DNA from: Podarcis pityusensis
Taxonomy: Eukaryota
NCBI GenBank assembly: GCA_964106645.2
Contig: OZ067040.1
Strand: one strand, 5' to 3'
DNA length: 64,000 bases
Below are positions 14,026-25,244 of the stretch, one piece after another (position 1 is the stretch's first letter; each line of letters starts with the position of its first letter). The notes under the pieces were generated by a model. It was not told the DNA's origin and searched no databases. It saw only the letters and a list, made by a program, of their open reading frames with translations. The translations under genes and the position numbers were made by a program.

Positions 14026-14652
14026 TTTTTTTAAATGATATTTATTGAGAATTTTAAGGTTACAAAGAAATAAGAAGGAAAAAACAAGAGAAAGAAAAAA
14101 GGAAAGAAAAAAGTAGATAAAAGTAACAATTAAACAATACAAATCAGTAAAAACCAAAGTCAAAAAGAAAAAACAAAACACACAATACATCAAAATCAAA
14201 AAGCAAAAATAAACAAAAAATTAAAAACAAATCCAATATTCCCAGATCCTTAACTGTCATTACCTTATTTCATCGACCTCCTCACACCTCCCTTTTTTGT
14301 ATTCTAATTATTAATTATCTCAGCAAATCCTTTCCATCTTTCACAATATTCTGTCATTAAATTACCTTAATCTATTTTAACCTTATCTTACCATAAAAAA
14401 TCCTAAAACTTAAAACTTAAATCTTATTTATACCAAATTCTCTTAACCATTACATATTCTTACATAATTCTTTTAAACATTTCTGCTAAAGCCCAATAGT
14501 TTCATTCCAACATTTTTCTAATACTCATTAATTTTACAATACTTTTCTAAATGAATTTTTAAAACTTTCTTCCAATCTTCATCCATCGTCTCTTCTTCCT
14601 GGTCTCGGGTTTTGTCAGTCCTTTCTATCCCATCCATCTAGTCCATCAACCT
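14026..14652 (-). mobile_element. L1-clade LINE 3'UTR and ORF2 end fragment
   Basis: T-tract plus tttattga, gacctcctcacacctccctttttt motif shared with the other L1 3'UTRs, and ttcttccaatcttc...cctggtctcgg matching the degenerate RDQ..EDWKKF region. Confidence 0.7.
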
Positions 14653-14681
14653 GGTGACCTTATGTCCGAGGCTCTTAAGTC

Positions 14682-14832
14682 NNNNNNNNNNNNNNNNNNN
14701 NNNNNNNNNNNNNNNNNNNNNNNNNNNNNNNNNNNNNNNNNNNNNNNNNNNNNNNNNNNNNNNNNNNNNNNNNNNNNNNNNNNNNNNNNNNNNNNNNNNN
14801 NNNNNNNNNNNNNNNNNNNNNNNNNNNNNNNN
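14682..14832. other. Assembly gap (N run)
   Basis: 151 N. Confidence 1.
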
Positions 14833-14892
14833 TTTAACTATAAACTAGCCTTGAGTTCCACATAGACCTGATTATGTAAACATTCAGAATAG

Positions 14893-15457
14893 GATTTTTA
14901 AATATACTTTTCCCAAAAAGCCTGAAGCTTTCCTGCTAGGAATAGTTGGCAAGGAAATTAAAAAAGAGGATAAAAATCTGTTTCTATATGCCACAACGGC
15001 CGCTAGAAATATGTTGGCCCAAAGCTGGAAAACAGAATTAATACCTACTATAGACGACTGGCAGAACAAGATGATAAATTATGTTGAACTAGCTAGAATA
15101 ACAGGAAGACTAAGAGACCAGGATGACCAGAAGTTTCATGAAAATTGGAATAAATATCTGACGTATATAAGAGATAAGTATAGAACTTTGAGGACTCTGG
15201 CAGGGTTAGAATAACTCTAACAGTGTTTGGTAAATATGTAAAGGAGATAAAACATGTAACTTTAGAAATTATCTGATACTTATCAATAAAGTGAAGGGAA
15301 GTCCGAGGCTCGGCGGAGCCTATAAATAATTGTGTACTATATATATGATTTTGTAACAGCTATGTTATATGCAACTTATGTAATCTAGACTGTATATATG
15401 TATAATCAATGAAAATTAATAAAAATGTATATTGCAAAAAAATAAAAATAAAAAAAA
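14893..15457 (+). mobile_element. L1-clade LINE 3' fragment
   Basis: Encodes FPKKPEAFLLG..YATTAARNMLAQSWK..RLRDQ; aataaa and A-rich tail; 16-bp TSD taaacattcagaatag (14877-14892, 15458-15473). Confidence 0.9.
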
Positions 15458-16631
15458 TAAACATTCAGAATAGTTAAACCCCACCCCCACCCCATTCTAG
15501 GCAACATTTTTCTGGGTTTGTTGGATGTCCTCTTACAATGCCATTGTCTAACTATCCAATATATACTCTGTATGATTTAACCCAGACAAAAATGTTTTCG
15601 AATAATATTCCTCAGAGGGGAAATTGCCTCACTGAACTCTACAGGGAGGATGGGGTGCCTGGCTCGGTAAAATTCTTGCAATAAGCTGTTTTCTTTGATG
15701 CCACTGGGCTTGTTCCACAAGGCCCTCTAAATGGCGCTATGCCACTGGGGTCCCCTTGGGGATTCACACAGCCAGCTCAGACACACTGAATAGAAAGATA
15801 GTTGGGAGCAAAAGCCACCTGGAGAAGGTAATTTGCAATACATATTTTTGTACTGAATATTGTACTTCTGACCTTGCCACACTGTTTGAGGGAATGCTTC
15901 CTGCTCTCTTTGTTTTGTCTGGCTTATGGAATTCACATGGAGTTACTGCTTCAGTCTCTGACAGCTTCAAATGCTTTGAATACATAATAGGGCAACGTTC
16001 TGTGGATTGTAAGGGTTCAATATGCAGCAATATCATATGAAGTACGTCTTATATCAGTAAACCAACACAGACACTGTACATTTTGAGGGCTATATCCAAT
16101 ATTAGCCATGAAACCAAAGGAGTCAAGTCTTGTGATTTCAATGGCTCTACTCTGAGTATGGCTTAGCTGTCTCCATGATGCTGTAAATGTTATCCGGCCT
16201 GCTCAAATCATGTCCTTGCTATCCAAACTCATATTCTAATTCCCTGCCCCCCAAACCTTCATTTTTGTTTTGAACAATGGCAGCTCTCTGGCTCTAGCCA
16301 TCATGTGGACACATGTGTGCAGATTATTTAATAAATAAATATGGAAGCACCACCAAATTTCTGTGTCCAAGTCTCTCTCCCCCCCCCCCCCGGTTTCCTA
16401 TAAAAAAGAGCAGCAAATGTAAATCCCCTTTTCATAGTACCAAACAAGCGAGTGACCATGGCTCAGTGGACTGACACTTGCCCTGGCCTATGACACCTGA
16501 GATATGTGTTTTCAGGATCCACCCTATTCTTGTGACTGTAATCTATTTTAGCAATTTTAATTCAGAATTTTAAACTATTGTAATCTGCCCTTTGAGCTGC
16601 TAGTGAAGGGCAGGTAATACATGTAACAACA

Positions 16632-16633
<2 letters not shown>

Positions 16634-16677
<44 letters not shown>
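16634..16677. repeat. (ATT)n microsatellite
   Basis: Trinucleotide run. Confidence 0.95.
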
Positions 16678-16679
<2 letters not shown>

Positions 16680-16876
16680 TTTCATAAAATTTGTTTACCA
16701 CTTGGCTGTAAAAAAAAAAACACCTCCCAAAGCGGTTTGTGCTGCTGCTGCTGCTAAATGTTTGCATGCAAGAGAATGCATATTGAAAACTGAAATGCTG
16801 AAATTTTCAGGATGGGATCTAAGTAAACAGAACTAGGGGAAATCTCCAAATCCTGGGGAAGCAATGCCAGGCAGAG

Positions 16877-17285
16877 TAGGGATGGAAGAATCCAACAATT
16901 TTGGTTCTATTCGTTTCTCATTTTCCAGTCTTAAATTCAGTTCTACAGGTTTCTGCAGCAATATGCTAATGTCGTTTTTTAAAAAATCCTCTTGGGAATT
17001 CATCAGAATTTTAATATAAATTTCTCCAAATAAACACATTTCTGTCCGCAATTTTAACTAAGGTATAAAATTTTGCAACTTCTCCTATTAGAAGACATTA
17101 TGGCATGTTATTTCCACTGATATGTTCATTTCTATACACATTTTCCCCCTAATATAGACCTTTTTGTAACCTCTGTTTAGTTGGAGAACTGCAGTGCAAA
17201 ATTCAGATTAGTGCACATTTTGAAAGATGGCTGTTTCAGACCACGCAAATTTGATAAACATGGCTGAATTTGTCTCCCATCTCTA
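16877..17285. mobile_element. Old non-autonomous DNA-transposon-like repeat
   Basis: Ends tagggatgg...ccatctcta (imperfect TIR); interior is the reverse complement of the family at 61885-62282. Confidence 0.55.
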
Positions 17286-18913
17286 AGTCATAGTAAAGGA
17301 GTCTGAGCCAGACAGACCAGTCCTATGACTCATGATGAAGGCACCCTCATATGTTCATAATCATTTTGCCATCCCTTTAGAAGTCTAGCAAAATGGGTGA
17401 ATGCTCTGATGTAAATATATCTGCTTCTGAAATGCTGTCTAAAATCCATGAGGCTTACTCCCAAGTAAATGTGGTTAGTCCAAAAATGCAACCCACTTTG
17501 ACAAAGATTAAACCCATAATTTCACAGCTGTCATCACACCAAACCGAGGGGTGGCAGTGGAAGGGGACACACAGCAAAGCAAATATATCATATTCTCTGT
17601 CACTTTTTCTAAAATACTGAGAGTGAACATCTTGTTCAGAACTTCTTCCCCTTATACTACCCACTCTCCAGCACATACTGTGCTCATAGTAAAAGAACAT
17701 ACAAAAAGGGCACTTATATTGATGCACAGAATTTGCAAGGAGAGCCTGGGTGTTTATTTTATTTTAGGAAGGGTTATACAAAAGGAAACTTTGAATTGTT
17801 TTTCCACTCTGACTTCAAATGTGTGCTCTTTTGGAATGTTTTTTGAAAGTGCTAAGTACAAGGTGCCAGATATTTCCATTTTCCTTTAACATAATCTCGT
17901 AAAATCAGACCAGCCACGTCCTTCTCTGTATTTCCAATAAAAATTCCACAAGAATTCACCATTTTCAAAACTTTCACATTTATTAACCATGCTAAACCTT
18001 GGAAAGAAGTTTTAATTGAGGGTCATCATCATAACAGTAGTTCATGAGGGGGTAAAGGTAGGGAGCGGTTGTAGTGGAGGAACACAGTCTTCATTGTAAT
18101 AAATACCTCCCAACAAATGCCTATCCCTAGATCCATGCCTTTTAAAATGCTGGAATTGCACTCTGTACCAAAACAATGATACTTAACCTATAAAGCTGTT
18201 CCTCATGTGCATTGAACTTAGCTAGACAGCTAGGCTCTCTCTAACAAGGACTCTTAAATCAAATTTCCATGTTTTAAAATCACATTTTGGTGGGTGGGAG
18301 TCTATGCCAAGGATGGGTAGATTTCCTAGGGAAAAAATCCAAAGCTGCCTTTCTTGGCCAATGTCCAAGATATCTCGCAACCCTGCTGTTCCCTCATATG
18401 TGAAGCATATGCAGTCCACAAAAATCAAACCGCAAACTACAGAATGTGACCTCTACATGGGACAATAGGAAGTTCCACGCTGAGTCAGACCTGTAATCCA
18501 GTAAATTCATCATGACTTTTTGACAGCAGTGATCCCCTACACCATCCTGTTAGAGGAGATGAAAGGCATTCCCTTCTCTGCCAGTAAACAGATTTTGAGT
18601 AATCTGCTCCATGAGTAGCTATCCTGATGCGAAGCAGAAGCCCAGATAATGTCCCTTTCCAGATAGGGTGGCATCAAGTACATAGATCTAAGGTGCAATC
18701 CATTGAACATTATGGCACTGTAATTAACATAATTAAGGCTGCAATCCTATACCCACTTACTTTGATGCAAACTCCATTGAATTAAATGGTACATCTAAGT
18801 TGGGCTTGCCACTGTTTTGGCTTGTTTATCTTTGTTTAGTAGCATTTTTGGTAAATGGAATTTTTCATTTCACTGTTTAGGGAAACTGTCCACAGAACCT
18901 GGTTAGGTGGATG

Positions 18914-18960
<47 letters not shown>
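18914..18960. repeat. (GAAA)n microsatellite
   Basis: Tetranucleotide run. Confidence 0.95.
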
Positions 18961-19275
18961 CAGTCTAGGATTGCACTGCAAAACATTAGTAGTGAGATAA
19001 AATCATGACAGTCCTGGATTGAGCCCTTGGTATTTTTTAGTGCCCTTCAGTTTTAGAAGAAAACACTGTATTTGTTTAGGCTTAAAGATCACCCGACAGA
19101 TAAGCCTCTGCATCTGTTTATTTACCTATGAAGGAAGCTTCTGCTGAATCAACAGGATGTATTACTATTCAAATAGAGCAAACTTTGTTTTATCCATTGG
19201 GTAAAGTAATTAAATTGTGATGTGCAAATATGTGTTTCTCCTCTTGGGAGGCAGCTTGCAGGGCTATATAGTAAC

Positions 19276-19405
19276 TAGGGCTTTCTTTCTGCTGGAACTC
19301 GATGGAACTCGGTTCTGGCACCTCTTAGGTGGGTGCCATTATAAGAGAACAAGGGAGGTGTTTGTGGTGAGTTCTGGCACCCCTTTTTCTAGAAAAATAG
19401 CACTG
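19276..19405. mobile_element. Small MITE-like element
   Basis: Imperfect inverted ends tagggctttctttctg / ctagaaaaatagcactg and internal repeat gttctggcacc x2. Confidence 0.45.
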
Positions 19406-20324
19406 CTCATAGCCTATATGAATGAGGGGGAAGGAAGCAGGGGTGGGTATCCCTTGTACCTCTACAAAGAGCTTGTGGGCTGGTAGCTTCATGTCCGCCA
19501 ACAGTATGAACTGGGCCTTATGAGTGCTGACCATGTAATACGTATTTGGAAAAGCTGATACTTCGTTTGGAGACAGCAGTCAACATTGTCCTAACACCAG
19601 ACAAAGACCTAAATTCTTGGTGCTTTTAATTTGGTTGCATGAAAATAAAGGGGAGATTCCTCATTTAATTTGTTCCATTATAGTCTGTTTCACCACTGAA
19701 ATCCTAGCCAGAAAATAAAGGCAATTTAAAGGCCACCAGGCTGTAAAATATATTAGTAACTGAGTCATGTAATCAGTTAATGGCCTGGCATTTTCATGAC
19801 CATATTCCAGGCAGATGTTTCTACTATGCAACAGATCAGATAAAGTCTGACGTTTCACTCTTTCTTAATGCGCTGTTGTGCAATTAAAGCCTAAAGGAAT
19901 CTAATACCTAATTAAAAAAAAGGAGCAGCATGGAAAAAGATGTCTTGTTTCAAAATGTTGTGGTCCGAATTAGCACTGTTGCTCAAATGAAGAATTGTAC
20001 TGATAACAAGGGGAACAAGCACTAAAGACAGTGGATAATAGTTTTTGAAACTGATACCCAATCTATATGTGGTTCGGTGGTGTTGGCATCTTGTGTGAGG
20101 TTTTGCATGTGCTCAGAGGATTTCTTCAGCCCTTTGATCTTACCCACTTCATTTCAACCACTGAGAATGTCTGAGTGCTAACTTGGCCCAGTGAAAGGAC
20201 TCGCCATGCCTTGGAGCTGTTTGTTTCCCCCTCAAACCTGGAAATGCATGGAAAACTTGGAGATGTGGGTAATCTTCAAATGGAAGCATGTGGAGGTGCA
20301 TCTGGCCCTGTCCTACCTGTGAGC

Positions 20325-20729
20325 TTTTCCCAGTAGTGATGTATGGAAGTGAGAGCTGGACCATAAAGAAGGCTGATCGCCAAAGAATTGATGCTTTTGA
20401 ATTATGATGCTGGAGGAGACTCTTGAGAGTCCCATGGACTGCAAGAAGATCAAACCTCTCCATTCTTAAGGAAATCAGCCCTGAGTGCTCACTGGAAGGA
20501 CAGATTGTGAAGCTGAGGCTCCAATACTTTGGCCACCTCATGAGAAGAGAAGACTCCCTGGAAAAGACCCTGATGTTGGGAAAGATGGAGGTCACAAGGA
20601 GAAGGGGACGACAGAGGACGAGATGGTTGGATAGTGTTCTTGAAGCTACCAGCATGAGTTTGACCAAACTGCGGGAGGCAGTGGAAGACAGGAGTGCCTG
20701 GCGTGCTCTGGTCCATGGGATCATGAAGA
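20325..20729 (+). mobile_element. Bov-B LINE 3' fragment, part 1 (interrupted by CR1)
   Basis: Near-identical to 41466-41896; encodes RVPWTARRSNLSILKEISPECSLEG..; left TSD acctgtgagc 20315-20324. Confidence 0.95.
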
Positions 20730-20810
20730 ATCATAGAATCATAGAATCATAGAGTTGGAAGAGACCACAAGGGCCATCGAGTCCAACCCCCTGCCAAGCA
20801 GGAAACACCA

Positions 20811-23732
20811 TCAGAGCACTCCTGACATATGGTTGTCAAGCCTCTGCTTAAAGACCTCCAAAGAAGGAGACTCCACCACACTCCTTGGCAGCAAATTCCA
20901 CTGTCGAACAGCTCTTACTGTCAGGAAGTTCTTCCTAATGTTTAGGTGGAATCTTCTTTCTTGTGGTTTGGATCCATTGCTCCGTGTCCGCTTCTCTGGA
21001 GCAGCAGAAAACAACCTTTCTCCCTCCTCTATGTGACATCCTTTTATATATTTGAACATGGCTATCATATCACCCCTTAACCTCCTCTTCTCCAGGCTAA
21101 ACATGCCCAGCTCTCTTAGCCGTTCCTCATAAGGCATCGTTTCCAGGCCTTTGACCATTTTGGTTGCCCTCCTCTGGACACGTTCCAGTTTGTCAATGTC
21201 CTTCTTGAACTGTGGTGCCCAGAACTGGACACAGTACTCCAGGTGAGGTCTGACCAGAGCAGAATACAGTGGCACTATTACTTCCCTTGATCTAGATGCT
21301 ATACTCCTATTGATGCAGCCCAGAATTGCATTGGCTTTTTTAGCTGCCGCGTCACACTGTTGGCTCATGTCAAGTTTGTGGTCAACCAAGACTCCTAGAT
21401 CCTTTTCACATGTACTGCTCTCAAGCCAGGTGTCCCCCATCTTGTATTTGTGCCTCTCATTTTTTTTGCCCAAGTGCAATACTTTACATTTCTCCCTGTT
21501 AAAATTCATCTTGTTTGTTTTGGCCCAGTTCTCTAATCTGTCAAGGTCGTTTTGAAGTGTGATCCTGTCCTCTGGGGTGTTAGCCACCCCTCCCAGTTTG
21601 GTGTCATCTGCAAATTTGATCAGGATGCCCTTGAGTCCATCATCCAAGTCGTTGATAAAGATGTTGAATAAGACCGGGCCCAAGACAGAACCCTGTGGCA
21701 CCCCACTAGTCACTCTTCTCCTGGATGAAGAGGAACCATTGATGAGCACCCTTTGGGTTCGGTCAGTCAGCCAGTTACAAATCCACTGAGTGGTAGCATA
21801 GTCAAGACCACATTTTACCAGCTTCTTTACAAGAATATCATGAGGCACCTTGTCAAATGCCTTGCTGAAATCAAGGTAGGCTACATCCACTGCGTTCCCT
21901 TCATCTACCAGGCTTGTAATTCTGTCAAAAAACGAGATCAGGTTAGTCTGACATGACTTATTTTTCAGAAAGCCATGCTGACTATTGGTGATCACAGCAT
22001 TCCTTTCTAGGTGCTCACAGACTGTTTGCTTAATGATCTGCTCCAGAATCTTCCCTGGTATTGATGTCAGACTGACTGGGCGGTAATTATTTGGGTCCTC
22101 TCTTTTCCCCTTTTTGAAAATAGGGACAACATTTGCCCTCCTCCAGTCTGCCGGGACTTCGCCTGTTCTCCAGGAATTCTCAAAGATGACTGCCAGTGGT
22201 TCTGAGATCACATCTGCCAGTTCTTTTAATACTCTTGGATGCAGTTCATCTGGCCCTGGAGACTTGAATACATCTAAACTAGCCAAGTATTCTTGTACTA
22301 TCTCCTTAGTTATTCTGGGCTGTGTTTCCTTTGCTGAATCATTTGCTCCAAATTCTTCAGGTCGGGCATTGTTTTCTTTATCGGAGAAGACTGAGGCAAA
22401 GAAGGCATTGAGGAGTTCAGCTCTTTCTGTGTCCCCTGTTTGCATTTCACCATCTTCTCCTCTGAGTGACCCCACTGTTTCTTTGTTCTTCCTTTTGCTA
22501 CGGACATACCCATAAAAGCCTTTTTTGTTGCTTTTAACCTCTCTAGCAAGCCTGAGTTCATTCTGTGCTTTAGCTTTTCTGACTTTGTGTCTACACGTGC
22601 TGGCTATTTGTTTGAATTCCTCTTTGGTGGTTTCCCCCCTTTTCCATTTTTTGTACACATCCTTTTTAAATCTTAACTCAGTTAAAAGTTCTTTAGATAG
22701 CCACCCTGGCTTCTTTAGGCACCTTCCATGTTTCTGTCTCATTGGTATTGCCTGACGTTGTGCTTTTAGTATCTCCCTCTTAACAAACTCCCAGCCATCA
22801 TGAACTCCCTTTCCTTTTAGTATTACTGCCCATGGGATCTCACCCAGCACTTCCCTAAGTTTTATGAAGTCAGCTTTCTTAAAGTCAAGAAATTGAGTCC
22901 TAGTATGCTTGGCTGCTCCTTTCCGCTGTATAGTAAACTTCAGAAGAGCATGATCACTCGCGCCTAATGATCCTTCCACTTCTACCCCACTAACCAGGTC
23001 ATCAACATTGGTTAGGACCAGATCTAAAATGGCTGTTCCTCTTGTTGCTTCTCCCACTTTCTGGACAATGACGTTGTCTGCAAGGCCAGTGAGGAATCTG
23101 TTTGACCTTATGCTCTTGGCTGAGTTTGACATCCAACAAATATCCGGGTAATTGAAGTCCCCCATTACTACTATCTCCCTTCCTTTTGCATGCTTGGCCA
23201 TCTGTTCCAGGAAGGCATCATCTATGTCCTCCGTTTGGCTTGGGGATCTATAGTAAACTCCCACAATGAGGTCACTGTTATTCTTCTCTCCCTTAATTTT
23301 GACCCAAATGCTCTCACTTTGGCTTTGAGGTTCTAAATCTTGGATCTCTTCACAGGTATACACATCCCTGACATATAACGCCACTCCTCCTCCTTTCTTG
23401 TCTGGTCTGTTTCTCTGAAATAGATTGTATCCCCCCATTATTACATTCCAATCGTGGGACTTATCCCACCAGGTTTCAGTGATGCCTATTATGTCATATT
23501 TAGTTTGCTGTACCAAGAGCTCAAGCTCATCTTGTTTATTTCCCATGCTTTGCGCATTAGTGTACAGACATTGAAGTCCATTAATCATTCCCCCGTGACT
23601 CTTATTTAAGGATTTTTTCCTCCCACCACTAGGTCTGTGTGCTGTTTGCTCCATTTGGTCTATGACATTTGGATGATCATCTTCATCAGTTGATAGACTC
23701 CTACCTTCAGGAGCACTGTCTCCCTCCCCCAC
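20811..23732 (-). CDS. CR1 ORF2: APE-type endonuclease + reverse transcriptase (973 aa, no internal stop)
   Basis: EN motifs YTNAQS, GITETW, GDFN, SDH; RT motifs [38 protein letters not shown]. Track start is GTG; first in-frame ATG is 23654; frame is open upstream to 23837. Confidence 0.95.
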   Translation of the reverse strand: MGEGDSAPEGRSLSTDEDDHPNVIDQMEQTAHRPSGGRKKSLNKSHGGMINGLQCLYTNAQSMGNKQDELELLVQQTKYDIIGITETWWDKSHDWNVIMGGYNLFQRNRPDKKGGGVALYVRDVYTCEEIQDLEPQSQSESIWVKIKGEKNNSDLIVGVYYRSPSQTEDIDDAFLEQMAKHAKGREIVVMGDFNYPDICWMSNSAKSIRSNRFLTGLADNVIVQKVGEATRGTAILDLVLTNVDDLVSGVEVEGSLGASDHALLKFTIQRKGAAKHTRTQFLDFKKADFIKLREVLGEIPWAVILKGKGVHDGWEFVKREILKAQRQAIPMRQKHGRCLKKPGWLSKELLTELRFKKDVYKKWKRGETTKEEFKQIASTCRHKVRKAKAQNELRLAREVKSNKKGFYGYVRSKRKNKETVGSLRGEDGEMQTGDTERAELLNAFFASVFSDKENNARPEEFGANDSAKETQPRITKEIVQEYLASLDVFKSPGPDELHPRVLKELADVISEPLAVIFENSWRTGEVPADWRRANVVPIFKKGKREDPNNYRPVSLTSIPGKILEQIIKQTVCEHLERNAVITNSQHGFLKNKSCQTNLISFFDRITSLVDEGNAVDVAYLDFSKAFDKVPHDILVKKLVKCGLDYATTQWICNWLTDRTQRVLINGSSSSRRRVTSGVPQGSVLGPVLFNIFINDLDDGLKGILIKFADDTKLGGVANTPEDRITLQNDLDRLENWAKTNKMNFNREKCKVLHLGKKNERHKYKMGDTWLESSTCEKDLGVLVDHKLDMSQQCDAAAKKANAILGCINRSIASRSREVIVPLYSALVRPHLEYCVQFWAPQFKKDIDKLERVQRRATKMVKGLETMPYEERLRELGMFSLEKRRLRGDMIAMFKYIKGCHIEEGERLFSAAPEKRTRSNGSKPQERRFHLNIRKNFLTVRAVRQWNLLPRSVVESPSLEVFKQRLDNHMSGVL

Positions 23733-23737
23733 ATTAG

Positions 23738-23878
23738 TCAGTTTAAAGCCCTCCTGATGAGGTTTCTGAGATTTTTGGCAAAAACATTTCTCCCAACCGT
23801 TGTGAGGTGCAGCCCATCGCTTGCCAGAAGTCCATCTTCAAGAAACTGCAGTCCGTGATCTAAGAATCCAAACCGTTC
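23738..23878 (-). CDS. CR1 ORF1 C-terminal remnant (SGNH/GDSL esterase-like)
   Basis: Manual translation [46 protein letters not shown]; DGLHL is the SGNH block-V DxxH motif typical of CR1 ORF1. Not in the ORF track. Confidence 0.88.
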   Translation of the reverse strand, partial: ERFGFLDHGLQFLEDGLLASDGLHLTTVGRNVFAKNLRNLIRRALN

Positions 23879-23907
23879 CACGACTTAAGGACTAAACAAC
23901 AACAACA
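23879..23907 (+). mobile_element. Bov-B LINE 3' terminus, part 2
   Basis: cacgacttaaggactaaacaacaacaac continues the Bov-B end; right TSD acctatgagc 23908-23917. Confidence 0.9.
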
Positions 23908-23930
23908 ACCTATGAGCCGCCGCCTCTTTT

Positions 23931-25244
23931 TTTTTTTTTTAAATAAATTTTTATTAATTTTCCAAACACACACACAAAAAAACCAATACACAATACACAG
24001 ACATACAAACATATAAACATGTATAATTTCATAACCATTTTTTCATAAACCTTACTTTCCGGACTTCCCCATACCTCCCCTTTTCTGCATCCTTGTTTTA
24101 TATTTGTTCAGCAACTCCTCAGTCAAAATTATTCAATTCAATTTCTTTTAAGTTCTTCTAATATTATTAATTACAGCTGCAATTCTCTGTTTCCCAACCC
24201 CTTGACATTTTAACATTCCTGAATTTTACAACAAGTTCTAAGATAAACTTTGAATTTCTTCCAGTCTTCTTCCACTGTCTCTTTCCCCTGGTCACGGATT
24301 CTGCCAGTCAACTCCGCCAGTCCCATGTAGTCGATCACCTTCGTTTGCCATTCTTCCAGTGTGGGTAGTTGTTGTGTCTTCCAATACTTTGCTAGAAGAA
24401 TCCTTGCTGCTGTGGTCGCATACATAAAAAACGTCCTGTCCTTCCTTCTCACCAATTGGCCGACGATGCCCAGGAGAAAAGCCTCAGGTTTTTTAGGGAA
24501 GGTCCATTTAAGAACCTTCTTAATTTCATTATAGATCATTTCCCAAAAAGCTTTTATCCTCGGGCAGGTCCACCAAAGGTGATAAAAAGTACCTTCAGTC
24601 TCATTACATTTCCAACATTTGTTATTGGGCAGATGATAAATTTTTGCAAGCTTGACTGGGGTCATGTACCACCTATACATCATTTTCATAATGTTTTCTC
24701 TTAAGGCATTACATGCCGTAAATTTAATACCGGTGGTCCACAGCTGTTCCCAGTCAGCAAACATAATGTTATGACCAATATCTTGTGCCCATTTTATCAT
24801 AGCTGATTTCACCGTTTCATCCTGTGTGTTCCATTTCAACAGCAGGTTATACATTCTCGACAGATTCTTAGTATTGGGTTCTAACAGTTCTGTTTCTAAT
24901 TTTGACCTCTCCATCTGGAAACCTATTTTCCTGTCCTGTTTAAATGTCTCGTTTATCTGAAGGTAGTGCAACCAATCTCGCACTTTGGACTTTAATTTCT
25001 CATAACTCTGTAATTTAACTTTTTCCCCATCTTGTTCTAAAATTTCACAGTATTTTGGCCATTTAGACTCCATATTAAGTTTTTTCACCTCTTTAGCTTC
25101 CATTGGTGACAACCACCTGGGAGTTTTACTTTCCAATAAATCTTTATACCGCATCCAAACATTATATAATGCTTTCCTAACAATATGGTTTTTGAAACCT
25201 TTATGCAGTTTTACCTTATCATACCATATATATGCATGCCAGCT
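23931..25244 (-). mobile_element. L1-clade LINE, 5'-truncated
   Basis: poly(A) tail (T run on +); perfect 16-bp TSD agccgccgcctctttt (23915-23930, 25245-25260); GT/AAAA-type nick site on the minus strand. Confidence 0.95.
24210..25244 (-). pseudogene. L1-clade ORF2 C-terminal portion with CCHC zinc knuckle (open frame, no native start)
   Basis: CWKCNETEGTFYHLWWTC knuckle, KPEAFLLG, ATTAARILLAKYWK; the track N-terminus MVKEAAA comes from flank and TSD. Confidence 0.85.

Larger units (their letters stand above)
20727..23878 (-). mobile_element. CR1 LINE, young, 5'-truncated inside ORF1
   Basis: ORF1 C-terminus, complete ORF2, short 3'UTR and (ATTCTATG)n tail (agaatcat x3 at 20727-20750 on +). 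Confidence 0.97.

Noticed and set aside
14654-14865. ORFs spanning N runs (also 61508-61840)
   Set aside because: Artefacts of assembly gaps.
20149-20734. 191-aa and 81-aa minus-strand ORFs
   Set aside because: Antisense frames of Bov-B running into flank; the same peptides recur at every Bov-B copy.
21310-22755. Several plus-strand ORFs overlapping CR1 ORF2
   Set aside because: Antisense shadows of a long coding frame; no independent motifs.
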